A DNA stretch of 64,000 bases, taken from contig NIVC01001263.1 of assembly GCA_002269645.1 (NCBI GenBank), forward strand, positions 124,001 to 188,000, written 5' to 3'. Below the pieces are notes generated by a model that did not search any database, was not told the origin of the DNA, and was given only the letters and a program-made list of their open reading frames with translations. Position 1 is the stretch's first letter. Each line of letters starts with the position of its first letter. Below, piece after piece: positions 11,587 to 24,319 of this stretch. Both the position numbers and the translations under genes were made by a program. This stretch comes from Macrostomum lignano. Taxonomy: Eukaryota.

Positions 11587-12995
11587 AATCTCTGATGCTT
11601 ATAGAGTTCAGGCAGAGTGGGAATACTGTGAGAGTGACTCCGCTGTCTTCCCAGCAGTGCATCCACTATAAATATATGCAAGTAGGTGTCGGGAGCCATT
11701 CGCTCCGCTGATTAACCAATCCAAATTCAGGTCCACTACTGCAATACTACTGACAGTAGAGTACTCGTATTGGGATATTTTTACTATAATAATTACTACT
11801 AAATTAAGGTAAAAGTCAAAGTTTTTTTAACAATGTCTAAATGGAAGCAATAACTTTGAATGTCTCGGAGAATTTTAGCACTGAGTTGGGATGGTTGAAT
11901 TTCTTTGATAGGCGATGAAGGCAAAATAACATTGTAAATTTTGAGATACTTCAGTTGAGCAAAGCAAAGTCATACTCAATTTGCTTCACCATTTTTATTA
12001 TTTAATTTACAAAACTTTTCATATCTTTTGGAAAGCAACATTTAGCCAAAATAATTGTTCTAAATGCTGAAATCGAATTTTTCCACGAAATTACAGCTTA
12101 AAGTACATGTAAATGAAGATATCTACATGGAGCTTATGTCATGACTCTCAAAAATATATCAGCAAATTGGTCTGCATCATAGCTTGTATTATCTTATTAA
12201 CAAATTATCTCATTTAATTTCAGGAAAAAATTTTAGTTTCATTTAAATTATAATATTTTAATGACAGTCGATCGTATGAGTCCCATAGTTTATTTTCAAT
12301 TAAAGTGTTTGAAAATTCTAAAATATTCAAACAATCAATATAAAAAAGAAAAGAAATAATCAACATTGGTTTAATTAATTGCGACGCGTTTCGATCAACT
12401 CAGATCATTCTCAAGCGAAGCCTTTCTATCAGTTAAAGCCAATAAGTATGAATTTTGTAAAATGATAGTCAATTTAAAAAGATGAGTCTATTAGATAGTC
12501 AAACCTTTTAAATGCATCGCACGGGTTCACGGTAATTAACGAGTGAGCGATGGCAAAATTCTCGCAAAAAGAAACCTAAATAAAATTTACTCAGCTTAAA
12601 TTCAAAGAACAGGAATTTTTTTCTTTTTTTATTTCTGCGAGGTTGCTATTTGAATTTATTTCGAAGAAAATGTCAGATGATTGAGCATAGTCAGAAATAT
12701 GGTCGACTAGAATTCATAGGTTCTAGAATAAAATAAAATCCGTGCCGAAACTCAAAGTATAACACAAAATCTGCCTAAATTCGGGAATATTGCGGCGAGG
12801 AAAACACATTAATTATTTGAATAATGTTGGATAAAAATCAATGAAAAACTGTATACAAAGAATGAAATTTCGTCCATATTTTTGACGATATATAAAATCG
12901 CACGGTTTCAAAACCTTCACCTAAAGAGTTGCGTCTGAAAAATCGAGCCAAACGGTTTTTCCTTCATAACTATAATTTTAAAGCAGAAATTTACT

Positions 12996-15900
12996 ATGCG
13001 ACGTCTAGCAGCATCGCTGCTGCTCCTTCTAGTTTTTGGTGTTTATGTCTCAGGTGGTGTGAAGTTAGAGCAGCTAGATGATGTGGACGCTTTGGAAGAG
13101 CTGGACGGATTGGACGGCGAGATCGGAGGCTTGACACAAGATGCCGCAAGCGAGGCAGCGGCCGGCGTTCACCACTACAATCACAACGGGGTGGAGCTAT
13201 TCTACCACGTCTTCCGCGGCTACCGGGTGGTGGAGCCTCAGCTGGGCGTCGTGATGGGCGAAGACACTGTCCTGCACCGGCATCACCACCGGTATCGGGT
13301 GAGCCTCGAGATGGTGATCAAGAACGACTACGAGCTGCCGCATTCGACCAGTATTAGCTGGATGAACTTTCCTGTGAAGTCCATCTCCTCGCGCTTTGTT
13401 CAAAGAGTCGCCTGCGGAAATCTTTGCCGCGGCGTGAAGTCCGCAGTGACGAAAAGGGACGGACAGTTCTGGTTGAACTTCTACTGCCACTCAAAGAAGG
13501 TCTGCTCGCGCGTCAGGCGCTACTTTTCAACCAACAGCCCACAGAGCCAGAGGCTGTTCGGATTCCTGGAGTTCACCCTTGTAGGCATCATTCACGAGCA
13601 CCAGTTCGTGTTTCACTGGCGTTCCGGAGAGGCGGGCGAAAAGCCGGTCGAGGCATTTCACTTTGGTGAGTGACCAACGGATGTCAAGTGGCGTCAAATG
13701 CAGCTTTTCTAAAAATGTATTTTTATCGATTATTACTATGTATTTGCAGAAGATGGCAAGGCCCTGCTGTACACCATTAAGAGCAACATTGGCCAGACAG
13801 TGTACGCTACCTACACGACGAAAGGTCAACGCGTGATCCCATCGAAGAAGTCACTGCCGAAGTTGTACCGGTCAGACCAGCTGGACAGTCTCAGCTCGAA
13901 CATCGGCGACTACAAGCTGATTGTTGCCGAGATGCGAAAGCACGGCAGGGTGGTGGCGCAGCTCGTATTCGACGTGTCAACCAATAAGAAGACCCTCAAC
14001 CTCATGAACTGGTTCTCGCCGACTCGGCTAGTGTCGTCATTCCCCTACGAAATCGGCAAGACTGGCTTCAACTATTTCTCCATGGCCGGACACAAGGCCC
14101 TTAAACGGACATTTTTTGTGAATTACGTGTACCGCGGCTGTCCGGGCGACACTGGATTCTGGATGATCGCCGATAAAAAAGACGTGTGCAGCTGGGCCAA
14201 AAAGGGCTGGAAGGGCTCTGCACCGGAGCTGGTGTACTCACAGGTATCCGGGATAAAGTACAGCCAGGGAAACGCCTTTTACGCTGATAGGTTCCTGGTC
14301 TATCTAACGTGAGTCTCTCCTTGATTGCTTAATTGGTAAGGTGATTTTTTAATCGACGCTGCATGCAAGTCTCCACTTCCAATAAATCTTCAGAAATGAA
14401 ACGCCCAAGCCGCGTCCGGTCCCCTACCCGTTCTTCCGCTTTGGTAGGTCCATGGAATTATTAAAAATTTTGCACAACCTTTATGGAATCATATACAGAG
14501 TTGTTATCCTACACCTACAGAGGGAGACAAGGCTCTGCTGTACACCATCAAGAGCAACATCGGGCAGACTGCATATAAAACTTTCAAAAAGAAGGGCACC
14601 ACCATGATCCCGTCGGACGGGAAACTTCCCAACCTTTACCGCTCGAAGCTGCTGGACACCTTGCCTTTCGCCGTCAAGCGATCCGGGTACGGCAAAATAG
14701 TTGCCGAAATGCGCACTGGTAGCAAAGTCGTGGCCCAGGTCGTTTTCGATGTTTCAACCAACACGAAGAAGCTGAACTTCCAGAACTGGTTCACTCGGAC
14801 TCGCATGGTCTCGTCCTTCCCCTACGAGTTGAAGAAGACTGGCTTCAACTTCTTCTCGTTCGCCGGTCACCAGGCCCACAAGCGGACTTTTTTCATCAAC
14901 AATCGCTACAGAGGCTGCCGCGGCGACGTCGGGTTCTGGGTTGTCTCTGACCGCAAAGACGTCTGCAGTTGGGATAACAAAGGCTGGCACGGCTCCGCTC
15001 CGGTGCTGGTGTACACGCAGGTGCCCAACAAGAGGTACTCCGAAGGCAACGCCTTCTTCGCCGACCGTTTCATTGTGTACCTGACGTAAGTAGCGCTGAG
15101 CTCAGTGAAGATGCCATAGACATTCAATTATGCATTCAGTTTGCTAACATGTGATTCCCTCTCTTCCTGCACGGCAGATCAAAGGTGCCAGAGCTTCATC
15201 CAGAGCTGCCTCCAGTCTTCCGATTCGGTGAGTAGCACGCAGATTAACGATAGGAAATCCAAGTAAAGCCGGTACATTCAGGTTCCGGGATCTTTTGCTG
15301 CATCCAAGTAGAGCAGCGCAGATCAGGCAACTCCTCCATCTCCAGCAAGTTTGGCTACCAGATTTTTATTATTTCCAGTGGAAAGGTTATGATTTTGTCT
15401 ATTTTAGCTCCAATTTCACATCTTCTCTACCAGATCCTGAGCCTTTTTTGTGCGCTCTCACCAACTGTCAAGCACTATGGTATACATGGACTGCGTTGGA
15501 TGTTTCTTGTTTATTATCCAATACCATCCTTAAATAATAACCGCCAAAAGTCCATTGGAAATTTTTTAACAAACCAGAACTTTTGTTTTACGGTACATGA
15601 ATATGATGGGGAGTGGAATCTGAGCCAGTGTTTCGATTCTTCCTTTGGTATTTCTATTATTATCTGATAGTGTAGTTCCTAGGGCTTTATTCAAGCACAG
15701 CTCCTGTTCTATTGGCATCTGCAGAGGGTAACAAGAACCTGCTGTACACCATCAAGAGCAACATCGGGGAGAAAGTGTACACCACCTTCAAGAACAGAGG
15801 CAACAACGAGATCCCGTCGGACCGGTCGCTGCCGAAGTTGTACCGGTCTGACCAGCTGGACACCCTCGCCAACGCAGTGGAGCGATCCGGCTTCAAGCAC

Positions 15901-18001
15901 ATCGTGGCCGAAATGCGCACTGGCAGCAGAGTCGTGGCCCAGGTCGTCTTCGACGTTTCAATCAACACCAAGTCGCTGAACTTCCAGAACTGGTTCACTC
16001 GGACTCGCATGGTCTCGTCCTTCCCCTACAAGTTGAAGAAGACTGGCTTCAACTTCTTCTCGTTCGCCGGTCACCAGGCCCACAAGCGAACTTTTTTCAT
16101 CAGCAATCGCTACAGAGGCTGCGGCGGCGACATCGGGTTCTGGGTTGTCTCTGACCGCAAAGACGTCTGCAAGTGGTCCAACAAAGGCTGGCACAGTTCC
16201 GGCCCGGTGCTGGTGTACACGCAGGTGCCCGGCGTTCCGTTTGCCAAGAGCAACGCCTACTATGCCGATCGGTTCATAGTCTACATGGCGTGAGTTGCCG
16301 CGATTCTGCACTCATTCATAGTTCAAGCTGCGTAAAAGACTGGCACACTTAACAGCGCGAACCGTTTATGTTTGCAGGAACCATGTGCCGAGGCCTCCGC
16401 CCCTGCCCATTCCGATTTTCCGATTTGGTAAGCCTGAGCAACTCCACAGCTCCTCCTATGCTACAGAGTGTTAATCCAAAGCACTATGCCTCAATTTCAG
16501 AGGGAAACAAGGTCCTTCTGTACACCATCAAAAGCCACATCGGCAAGACAGCCTACAGCACCTTCAGATCGCGCGCCTACGACCGGATCCCCAAACACCG
16601 GTCGCTGCCCGACCTATACAGATCCAACCAGCTGGACACCCTGCCCTCACTCATCCACCGGACCGGCTACAAGCGGATGGTGGCCGAGATGCGCACCGAC
16701 GGCAAGGTGGTCGCGCAGGTGGTGTTCGACGTGTCCAGGAACCCCAAGTCACTGAACATGGTCAACTGGTTCTCGAAATCCCGACTGGTCTCCTCCTACC
16801 CCTATCAGCTGGGCAAGAGCGGCTACAACTACTTCTCTGTTGCCGGGCACCAGGCCTACAAGCGGACCTTCTTCATCAACAGTGTCTACAAAGCCTGCCC
16901 GGGCGACATCGGATTCTGGGTGGTGTCGGACAGGCGGGACCCCTGCAAGTGGGCGTACAAGGGCTGGCACGGCTCAGCTCCGGCTCTGATCTACACCCGA
17001 CTGCCCGGCAAGAAGTACAGCCAGGGCAACGCATTCTATGCGGATCGATTCCTGGTCTACCTGGCGTGAGTTGTCTGACAGGGATATCTGGGCTAAGTCT
17101 GCACACCTGTATACCCTGGGCTGTGTCTGAATACCTGGATACTTTGGGATGTGTCTGCATTACTTGAGCAAGTTCCTAGCTTAAATCCTTCAAAAGTACC
17201 TGAAGCTGGATCCGCCTCCAGAAAACACAGAAGATGAGCATCGGTGATGCATTTAAGTTTATTTATGAGAGCACAAATCCTGATGCATAAATGAAACACC
17301 CACTTTACAGAAATGAAGTTCCGAAGCCAGCAGCGCCAAAGATTCCTCTGTTCCACTTTGGTAAGCCGCTCAGAAATTAATTTCCTAAATAGAACTTTTC
17401 TTGAAAAACTTTTCTATCGATATCTGGCACTGCAGAGGGGCACAGGGCCCTGCTGTACACCGTCAAGAGCGGCGCGGGCCACGAGGTGTTCAAAACATTC
17501 AGAACCAAGGGCCCCAGCGACATCCCGGCCGACCGCTCCCTGCCGGACCTGTACCGCTCCGACCAGCTGGACGCGCTGGCCTGGACCCTCCTCCACACCG
17601 GCTACAAGCGGATTGTCGCTGAGATGCGCTCCGACGGTCGCCGGGTCGCCCAAGTCGTCTTCGACGTGTCCCGACACACCAAATCGGTGGGCATGACGAA
17701 CTGGTTCACCCCGACCCGCCTCGTCTCCTCCTACCCCTATCACCTGGGCAAGACCGGCTACAACTACTTCTCTGTTGCCGGCCACCGCGCCCACAAGCGG
17801 AGCTTCTTCATCAACAAGGTGTACGCCGGCTGCGCTGGCGACTTCGGCTTCTGGATGGTGTCGGACAGGCGGGACCCCTGCAAGTGGGCCAACAAGGGCT
17901 GGAGCGGCTCCGCCCCGGTGCTGGTGTACACCAAGAAGCCCGGCAAGTACAGCCGAGGCAACGCGTTCTTTGCTGACCGGTTCCTGGTGTACCTGGAGTG
18001 A
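12996..18001 (+). CDS. Large secreted protein (~1229 aa): signal peptide, acidic N-terminal region, and five tandem ~185-aa uncharacterised modules joined by Pro-rich linkers
   Basis: Ten GT-AG exons: 12996-13665, 13750-14308, 14394-14443, 14521-15085, 15178-15227, 15725-16289, 16378-16427, 16501-17065, 17311-17360, 17436-18001. Total 3690 nt, in frame. All four linker exons are exactly 50 bp and end FRF-G or FHF-G. Each module has LYT.KS, LP.LYRS..LD, VAEMR, NWF..RLVSS.PY, NYFS.AGH, R.FF.N, GC.GD.GFW, D.C.W, ADRF.VY. Confidence 0.88.
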
Positions 18002-18929
18002 AGCTGGAGAGCAAATAAAGGATGATTGAAAGGAAAACTAAACAATTGGCGATCAGTCCTTGAAGACAATGAAACTCTAACATCTGTAATTTAACCTTTT
18101 TCGTGATATTTTTTTATCCCAAAAAACTTAATAAGTAACCTGAGAGTCCTGTTTTCAGCTTAGATACAAGTATTCATCCATGGCTTCTGAAGGTTTGAAC
18201 AAAAAACTTCAATTGCACCAAAGCACCTTTTTATCAATAGTGAGACATGCAGACTGTACTGCACGTGTCTCAACAAAATACAGACAGCCAAAATTGTGAG
18301 ACAGAAAGAGCTGTTTACTACAGTATCGTGCAGCCAGTTTTCTTGTTGTTTCCTGCTGCACTCAGATCAAGGCGAGCTCAAGGCCACAATGGGCAGGCGC
18401 TGGGGGCTGCCAGCACGTTTTCGCCCCGGGTAGTTTGGGCACGAGCAGACAGCAGCTTAGAGAAGCTTTGAGCCTGATAGATGAGGCTGTCTGGAGGCTG
18501 GGAGGGGCAGGAGAAGGGTTGGATGGAGCCACAGGGCTTGTCTAGCCCGGCAAGCTGCAAGTTGCAACAATGGGGCCAGCCAAACTCGATCTGCTTTGCA
18601 AGCTCGTTTCTTACCGAAAAAGGAGAGCTGCTTTGGCTCAGTATTGTTGTCACCCAGTTAGCAGAAGGCAGGTGAGCCCCTGGCTTGAGCATCAATAGAA
18701 ACACAGCAACGCGCGTGAGGGAGACCTCGACTGCGAGGCAAAGGTGAAAATTAAAGTTTTGTGTATTTAAAATGCATTTGGCACTGCAGTACTTAGTCAG
18801 GGCGAACATTAATTTCAAATGTTGTTTATGCAGATAAAATTGCTAGTATTAACAGTATTAATTCTATTAATTATAATTAATTATAATTATGCATGTAACT
18901 AGATTCGAGGGCTACAGATTAGAGACATC

Positions 18930-19305
18930 TGAAGGGACAGCTGAGGGGACAGCTGAAGGGACAGCTGAGGGGACAGCTGAAGGGACAGCTGAAGGGGGAC
19001 AGCTGAGGGGACAGCTGAGGGGACAGCTGAGGGGACAGCTGAAGGGGGACAGCTGAGGGGACAGCTGAAGGGACAGCTGAAGGGGGACAGCTGAGGGGAC
19101 AGCTGAGGGGACAGCTGAAGGGACAGCTGAGGGGACAGCTGAAGGGACAGCTGAGGGGGACAGCTGGGAGGGGACAGTTGAGTGGACAGCTGTTAGAGGG
19201 TAGCTGAGGGTGTAGCTGAGGGGGACAGCTGAGGGGGACAGCTGAGGGGGACAGCTGAGGGGTTCTGAGGGGTAGCTGAGGGGTTCTGAGGGGTAGCTGA
19301 GGGGG
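18930..19305. repeat. 10-13-bp minisatellite (gggacagctga)n
   Basis: Directly visible. Confidence 0.95.
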
Positions 19306-19469
19306 CATCGCATGGCTGCTTGCCTCAACGCTGGGCGCGCGCCTGTCGCCTGTAATTTGCGGCTGTGCGCAAAGTAACCTGCATTTAACTGCAAGCTAAA
19401 TGCCTAAGTTAACTACTGTTAGTAACAAGGGGCAGATTTTTGACAGATGTGTTTCAGCAATTGAAATTC

Positions 19470-19720
19470 TCTGCTGACAATCTTCTCTACTGACAATGTT
19501 CTCTACTGACAATGTTCTCTACTGACAATGTTCTCTACTGACAATCTTCTCTACTGACAATGTTCTCTACTGACAATGTTCTCTACTGACAATGTTCTCT
19601 ACTGACAATGTTCTCTACTGACAATGTTCTCTACTGACAATGCTCTCTACTGACAATGTTCTCTACTGACAATGTCTCTACTGACAATGTTCTCTACTGA
19701 CAATGTTCTCTACTGACACT
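19470..19720. repeat. 16-bp minisatellite (ctgacaatgttctcta)n
   Basis: Directly visible. Confidence 0.95.
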
Positions 19721-20107
19721 ATACTATATTTCGAGAATTTACTCTCCATGGCAAACAGAAAGAAACAAAGGCTGGTTTTCCGAGCTCAGATGCCGCTCCG
19801 CTGACCCCGCACGCATTCTCTCAACATGCAGCGGGTGACCCAATTTCGAATTGTCACCGACGCCGAGGTCTGTCATAAAAATTGGACACAAAAATCTCTC
19901 ATATCGTGGGAAATTTAAGAAATAATCTGAATTAGCTTGTTTATGGGAAAACAGATATTGCTTATTATATGATATAACCTTTATTGGGGCCACATTCCTT
20001 TCTTGGTAATAAAAGTGACTGCTTGTGCAACGTGCCGACGCAGACAATGTGCACGGATTCTGGACTGACATTGCCGAACTGGGCTGGGCAGGTCTTGTAG
20101 GTTGGGG

Positions 20108-20755
20108 CTGGGGGCCTTGGGACTGAACACTTGGACTGGAAGCGGTTGGGGGCCTTGGGACTGAACACTTGGACTGGAAGCGGTTGGGGGCCTTGGGACT
20201 GAACACTTGGACTGGAAGCGGTTGGGGGCCTTGGGACTGAACACTTGGACTGGAAGCGGTTGGGGGCGGATCCGCATTCTCTTGGCCCTCGGATCCTCCT
20301 TCTCTTGGCCCTCGGATCCTCCCTCTCTTGGCCCTCGGATCCGCCCTCTCTTGGCCATCGGATCCGCCCTCTCTTGGCCCTCGGATCCGCTCTCTCTTGG
20401 CCCTCGGATCCGCTCTCTCTTGGCCCTCGGATCCGCTCTCTCTTGGCCCTCGGATCCGCCCTCTCTTGGCCCTCGGATCCGCCCTCTCTTGGCCCTCGCC
20501 CCTCGGATCCGCCCTCTCTTGGCCCTCGGATCCGCCCTCTCTTGGCCCTCGGATCCGCCCTCTCTTGGCCCTCGGATCCTCCCTCTCTTGGCCCTCGGAT
20601 CCGCCCTCTCTTGGCCATCGGATCCGCCCTCTCTTGGCCCTCGGATCCTCCCTCTCTTGGCCCTCGGATCCGCTCTCTCTTGGCCCTCGGATCCGCCCTC
20701 TCTTGGCCATCGGCTCCGCCCTCTCTTGGCCATCGGCTCCGCCCTCTCTTGGCCC
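20108..20755. repeat. Adjacent 39-bp array (~20108-20265) and 23-bp (ggccctcggatccgccctctctt)n array (~20266-20755)
   Basis: Directly visible; explains six spurious ORFs. Confidence 0.95.
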
Positions 20756-21236
20756 CCGACATTGCCCCAAGGATTCAGCATCCCTAACAGAATCTCCGGC
20801 TGCATTCACAGACTGTTTTAATTTTCGATTTTCCTACAACTGCATGCCAGATGTCGGATTTCAGCCCCCAGACCTCAGTGGAGAAAGCGCACGGTCCACT
20901 CCAGATGTCTAGGCCTGGAACTCTTTGAAGAAAACTGCCAAAATTGGCCCAAAGAATTTTCTCACGGGCCCTGATTGGCAATCTTTACGCCTTGGCGAAC
21001 CAATTGCGGCACAGGGAAGGGGGCGGCCTTTGTGTTGAACAGGCGGGAGATACGCAAGGACAGGCAGTTAGTAAGCCCTCGGGGGACAGAAATTGAAGCC
21101 AGTGACGGAACCTTTATCTGCTCCCCCCCCTCCCCCGGATAGCTGCTGCCTCATAAAACTGCTGCCCAAAGAGCCAAAGCTAACAATTTTATTGTGAAGC
21201 CGAGCCAAGATTAGAGAGGCCAGACCAGGCGAGCCG

Positions 21237-21650
21237 ATGACTTCTTCGCCGGATTCTGCAGCAGAGTCGATGGAGACAGATGAATCCTCATCCTCCTCAA
21301 GGTGGCCAGCTCAGCAGCTGCTGAAGGCCGTCCGTTGCGGCGACGCGTCGGCGGCTCGTCGGCTGCTTTGCCGACGGGATTTCCCCAGGCAGCTGCTGGA
21401 CACCGAGGCTGAGGCGGACAGCGGCGCCACCGCGCTGCTGCTGGCCTGCCAGGCGGGCCGGCTGGACCTCCTCCTGCTGCTGCTGCGGCACGGCGCCAGC
21501 GTGCGCGCCTGCGACAGATTCGGCTGGGACGCGCTGAACACGGCCTGCTGGTACCAGCAATCGCACCTGCTGCCGCCGCTGCTTGCCAGGCTGAGTAGCG
21601 AAGACGCCGGCGATGAGACGGGTAGGAAGCTGGAGAGGCGATGCGGCTGA
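21237..21650 (+). CDS. Short ankyrin-repeat protein (137 aa as a single exon; may splice at a possible donor near 21620)
   Basis: Ankyrin motifs LLKAVRCGD...RLL, GATALLLACQAGRLDLLLLLLRHGASV and D.FGWDALNTAC. Confidence 0.8.
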   Translation: MTSSPDSAAESMETDESSSSSRWPAQQLLKAVRCGDASAARRLLCRRDFPRQLLDTEAEADSGATALLLACQAGRLDLLLLLLRHGASVRACDRFGWDALNTACWYQQSHLLPPLLARLSSEDAGDETGRKLERRCG

Positions 21651-21736
21651 GCGAAAGACTTTTTTGTGCGGGCACTGCTGAATATTGTTACTGGGGAGCT
21701 GATGCATCTTTCAAGAATTTATTAGTAATAGATAGA

Positions 21737-22125
21737 CAGATCCGGACAGGCAACCCTCAGATCCGGACGGGCAACCCTCAGATCCGGACGGGCAACCCTC
21801 AGATCCGGACGGGCAACCCTCAGATCCGAACGGGCAAACCTCAGATCCGGACGGGCAACGCTCAGATCCGGACGGGCAACGCTCAGATCCGGACGGGCAA
21901 CCCTCAGATCTGGACGGGCAAACCTCAGATCCGGACGGGCAACCCTCAGATCCGGACGGGCAAACCTCAGATCCAGACGGGCAACCCTCAGATCCGGACG
22001 GGCAACCCTCAGATCCGGACGGGCAAACCTCAGATCCAGACGGGCAACCCTCAGATCCAGACGGGCAAACCTCAGATCCGGACGGGCAAACCTCAGATCC
22101 AGACGGGCAACCCTCATCTCCGGAC
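21737..22125. repeat. 21-bp minisatellite (cagatccggacgggcaaccct)n
   Basis: Directly visible. Confidence 0.95.
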
Positions 22126-23334
22126 GAACAACTGCAATCCTCCAATTTTGAACCCAGACTGAGTGTTTCCAACTGTACCAATTAGATTGGCTTGGATTCA
22201 TACCTGTATGTACTATTATTTACCTGTCAATCTGCCATTGCCAACCATTTGTTCAATCAGCAATGCACACACCATGTTTATCTGCTTTCTGCTTGAATGC
22301 TGAAGATGCTAAAGATGTAAAAATGGACAATTTCTTCAAAATGTTGATTGTTGATCTGCATGCTTCTTGGCCTGATTTCTATAACTGTTTATGCTCTTCA
22401 TGGCAATTGCAGCACATTAATCCTAATGCGTTCAAATTAATCGAAAAAAACTTCTCAAGTCTGTTTGATTTTAATCGGTCAACCCAGCTTTTGTAAATAA
22501 ATAAAAAATAACATTGTAAAAAATTGTAACACGCGAATGCAGTCAAGATGGACGGCGCGATCTTTGACTAAAGCAGGGGATGGCAAACTTTCACCTCAGA
22601 AGCCAGATAAAGGATCTAGCTCAAGGCTGAGGTCTAGATGAGAGAAAAGAAGAAGAGAGGAGAGAAGAGATGGGAGAGAAGGGGAGAGGAAAGGGTAGAG
22701 GGGAGAGGAGAGGATAGAGGGGGAGAGACTTCTACTCACAAATGGGTCCTTTCAGAGCGCCACGCCCGGGACCTCAGGGTGTCTAGAATGGAAACCCACT
22801 TTAACAAAATGACTAATTTTCACGAAATTTTCCGAAAATATCCCGAAATACGAGCGTATGTTACATAGAATAACAAATGAATTAAAGACCGAAAAATTAG
22901 AATTTTCAGGCTTGCACCCAGGGGGTCACCTCTTATCAAAAATAAGATATCAACAATATTTTGTATTTTAAGCTGGCCAAGGAGGAAATAAACCAAGATA
23001 TCTGACTGGGAAAAATGCATAAAACTGGCCCCCAACTCGGTGTCAAGTGGCCATACATGGACAAATTTTCCCACGGCAGGAGTACGGGCTATTTTACTCA
23101 GCTCAGCTGAGGCGGGCATCTTGCACTGTGCTATATTACCTCTGCCGAGTATGGGGGGAGACACCAGCGTGAGAATTTGCTTACTTCGTGAGACTTTCTC
23201 ACGAACTCTAAGAGTAGCAACAAGCTTAGTGTAGCTTTGTCAGTCATTGTGTGCCCAGCTCGCGAAATTCACCAGACACCAGTCTAACCAATTAATCAAG
23301 TTTAAGTCTCAACACCATCTTTAATGATCTAATG

Positions 23335-23555
23335 CTGGTGGAAGTTGCTGGAAGGACACAGGAGGTGCTGGAAGGGAACGGGGGGTGCTGGAAGGACGCA
23401 GGGGGTGCTGGAAGGACGCAGGGGGTGCTGGAAGGACGCAGGGGGTGCTGGAAGGACGCAGGGGGTGCTGGAAGGGAACAGGGAGTGCTGGAAGGGAACG
23501 GGGGGTGCTGGAAGGACGCAGGGGGTGCTGGAAGCGAACAGGGGGTGTTGGAACC
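23335..23555. repeat. 20-bp minisatellite (gggggtgctggaaggacgca)n
   Basis: Directly visible. Confidence 0.93.
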
Positions 23556-24319
23556 CAGAAGGCACCAGGAGAGAGTAGGTAGAGCCGACAAGGTAAAAAA
23601 ATAAGATTAGTCAGTCGGCCATTTTTCTGGCAGTTCCTCCAGATGTAAGAAGCAGTTTCCATCGAAACGAAAATTAGTCAAAATTGTGCAAGTCACGTTG
23701 TTCCTAATTTTCTAATTTTTACCTTCTAAAGATTGCACCTGCACTATTTCTTAACCGAATTTTAACTACGAGTAGCTCGGAAATAAAAGTGCATCCAAAA
23801 CAAATGTTTACATGCTTGAATGAGCGCACTGGAGGCCAAAATTAATGTTACCCAAAGCGGAGCTTCCCGACTGCTCCAGACCCGGCTAGGTAGTAAAGTG
23901 AATATGATAATTGCTTCTCGGGCAGAGGGTTCGCTTTGACCACAGCAGGCAGAGCGAATTCTTCTGGGTGAGTCAGCGAGTTGGTTGGGGCCTGGATTCG
24001 GGTCCCCTGTGTTGGAAGGTATTATCTAAGTTATCTCCTGGTTTATAAGCAGTTTATACAAGAGTGCCAAGCCAGGTCTCTCCGCAGGTGCAGCTGTTCC
24101 TGCAAATCAGGGAAGCTGGAGGGCAGGCGGGCGGGCAGGCTCTATACAGGGTCTTTATTCTTTTTTTTTCGACTATCGGACAAAGAGTGAACAAAGACTT
24201 AAAATGTCTGAGATGAAGATTTTTCGATTCTAAAAAAATTGCGGCTAGTCAGGGTCACACAGGTTCACACAGGAATGAATGCTTTATAACGGGGATAGGG
24301 AAACTTTTCTGCCTTAAGG

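Noticed and set aside
13800-18001. Five separate paralogous genes, as the ORF track suggests
   Set aside because: The apparent stops overlap canonical phase-2 donors, the modules lack their own signal peptides, and 50-bp linker exons join them in frame.
22574-22590. caggggatggcaaactt, resembling a hAT terminal repeat
   Set aside because: No matching inverted partner or TSD found by eye.
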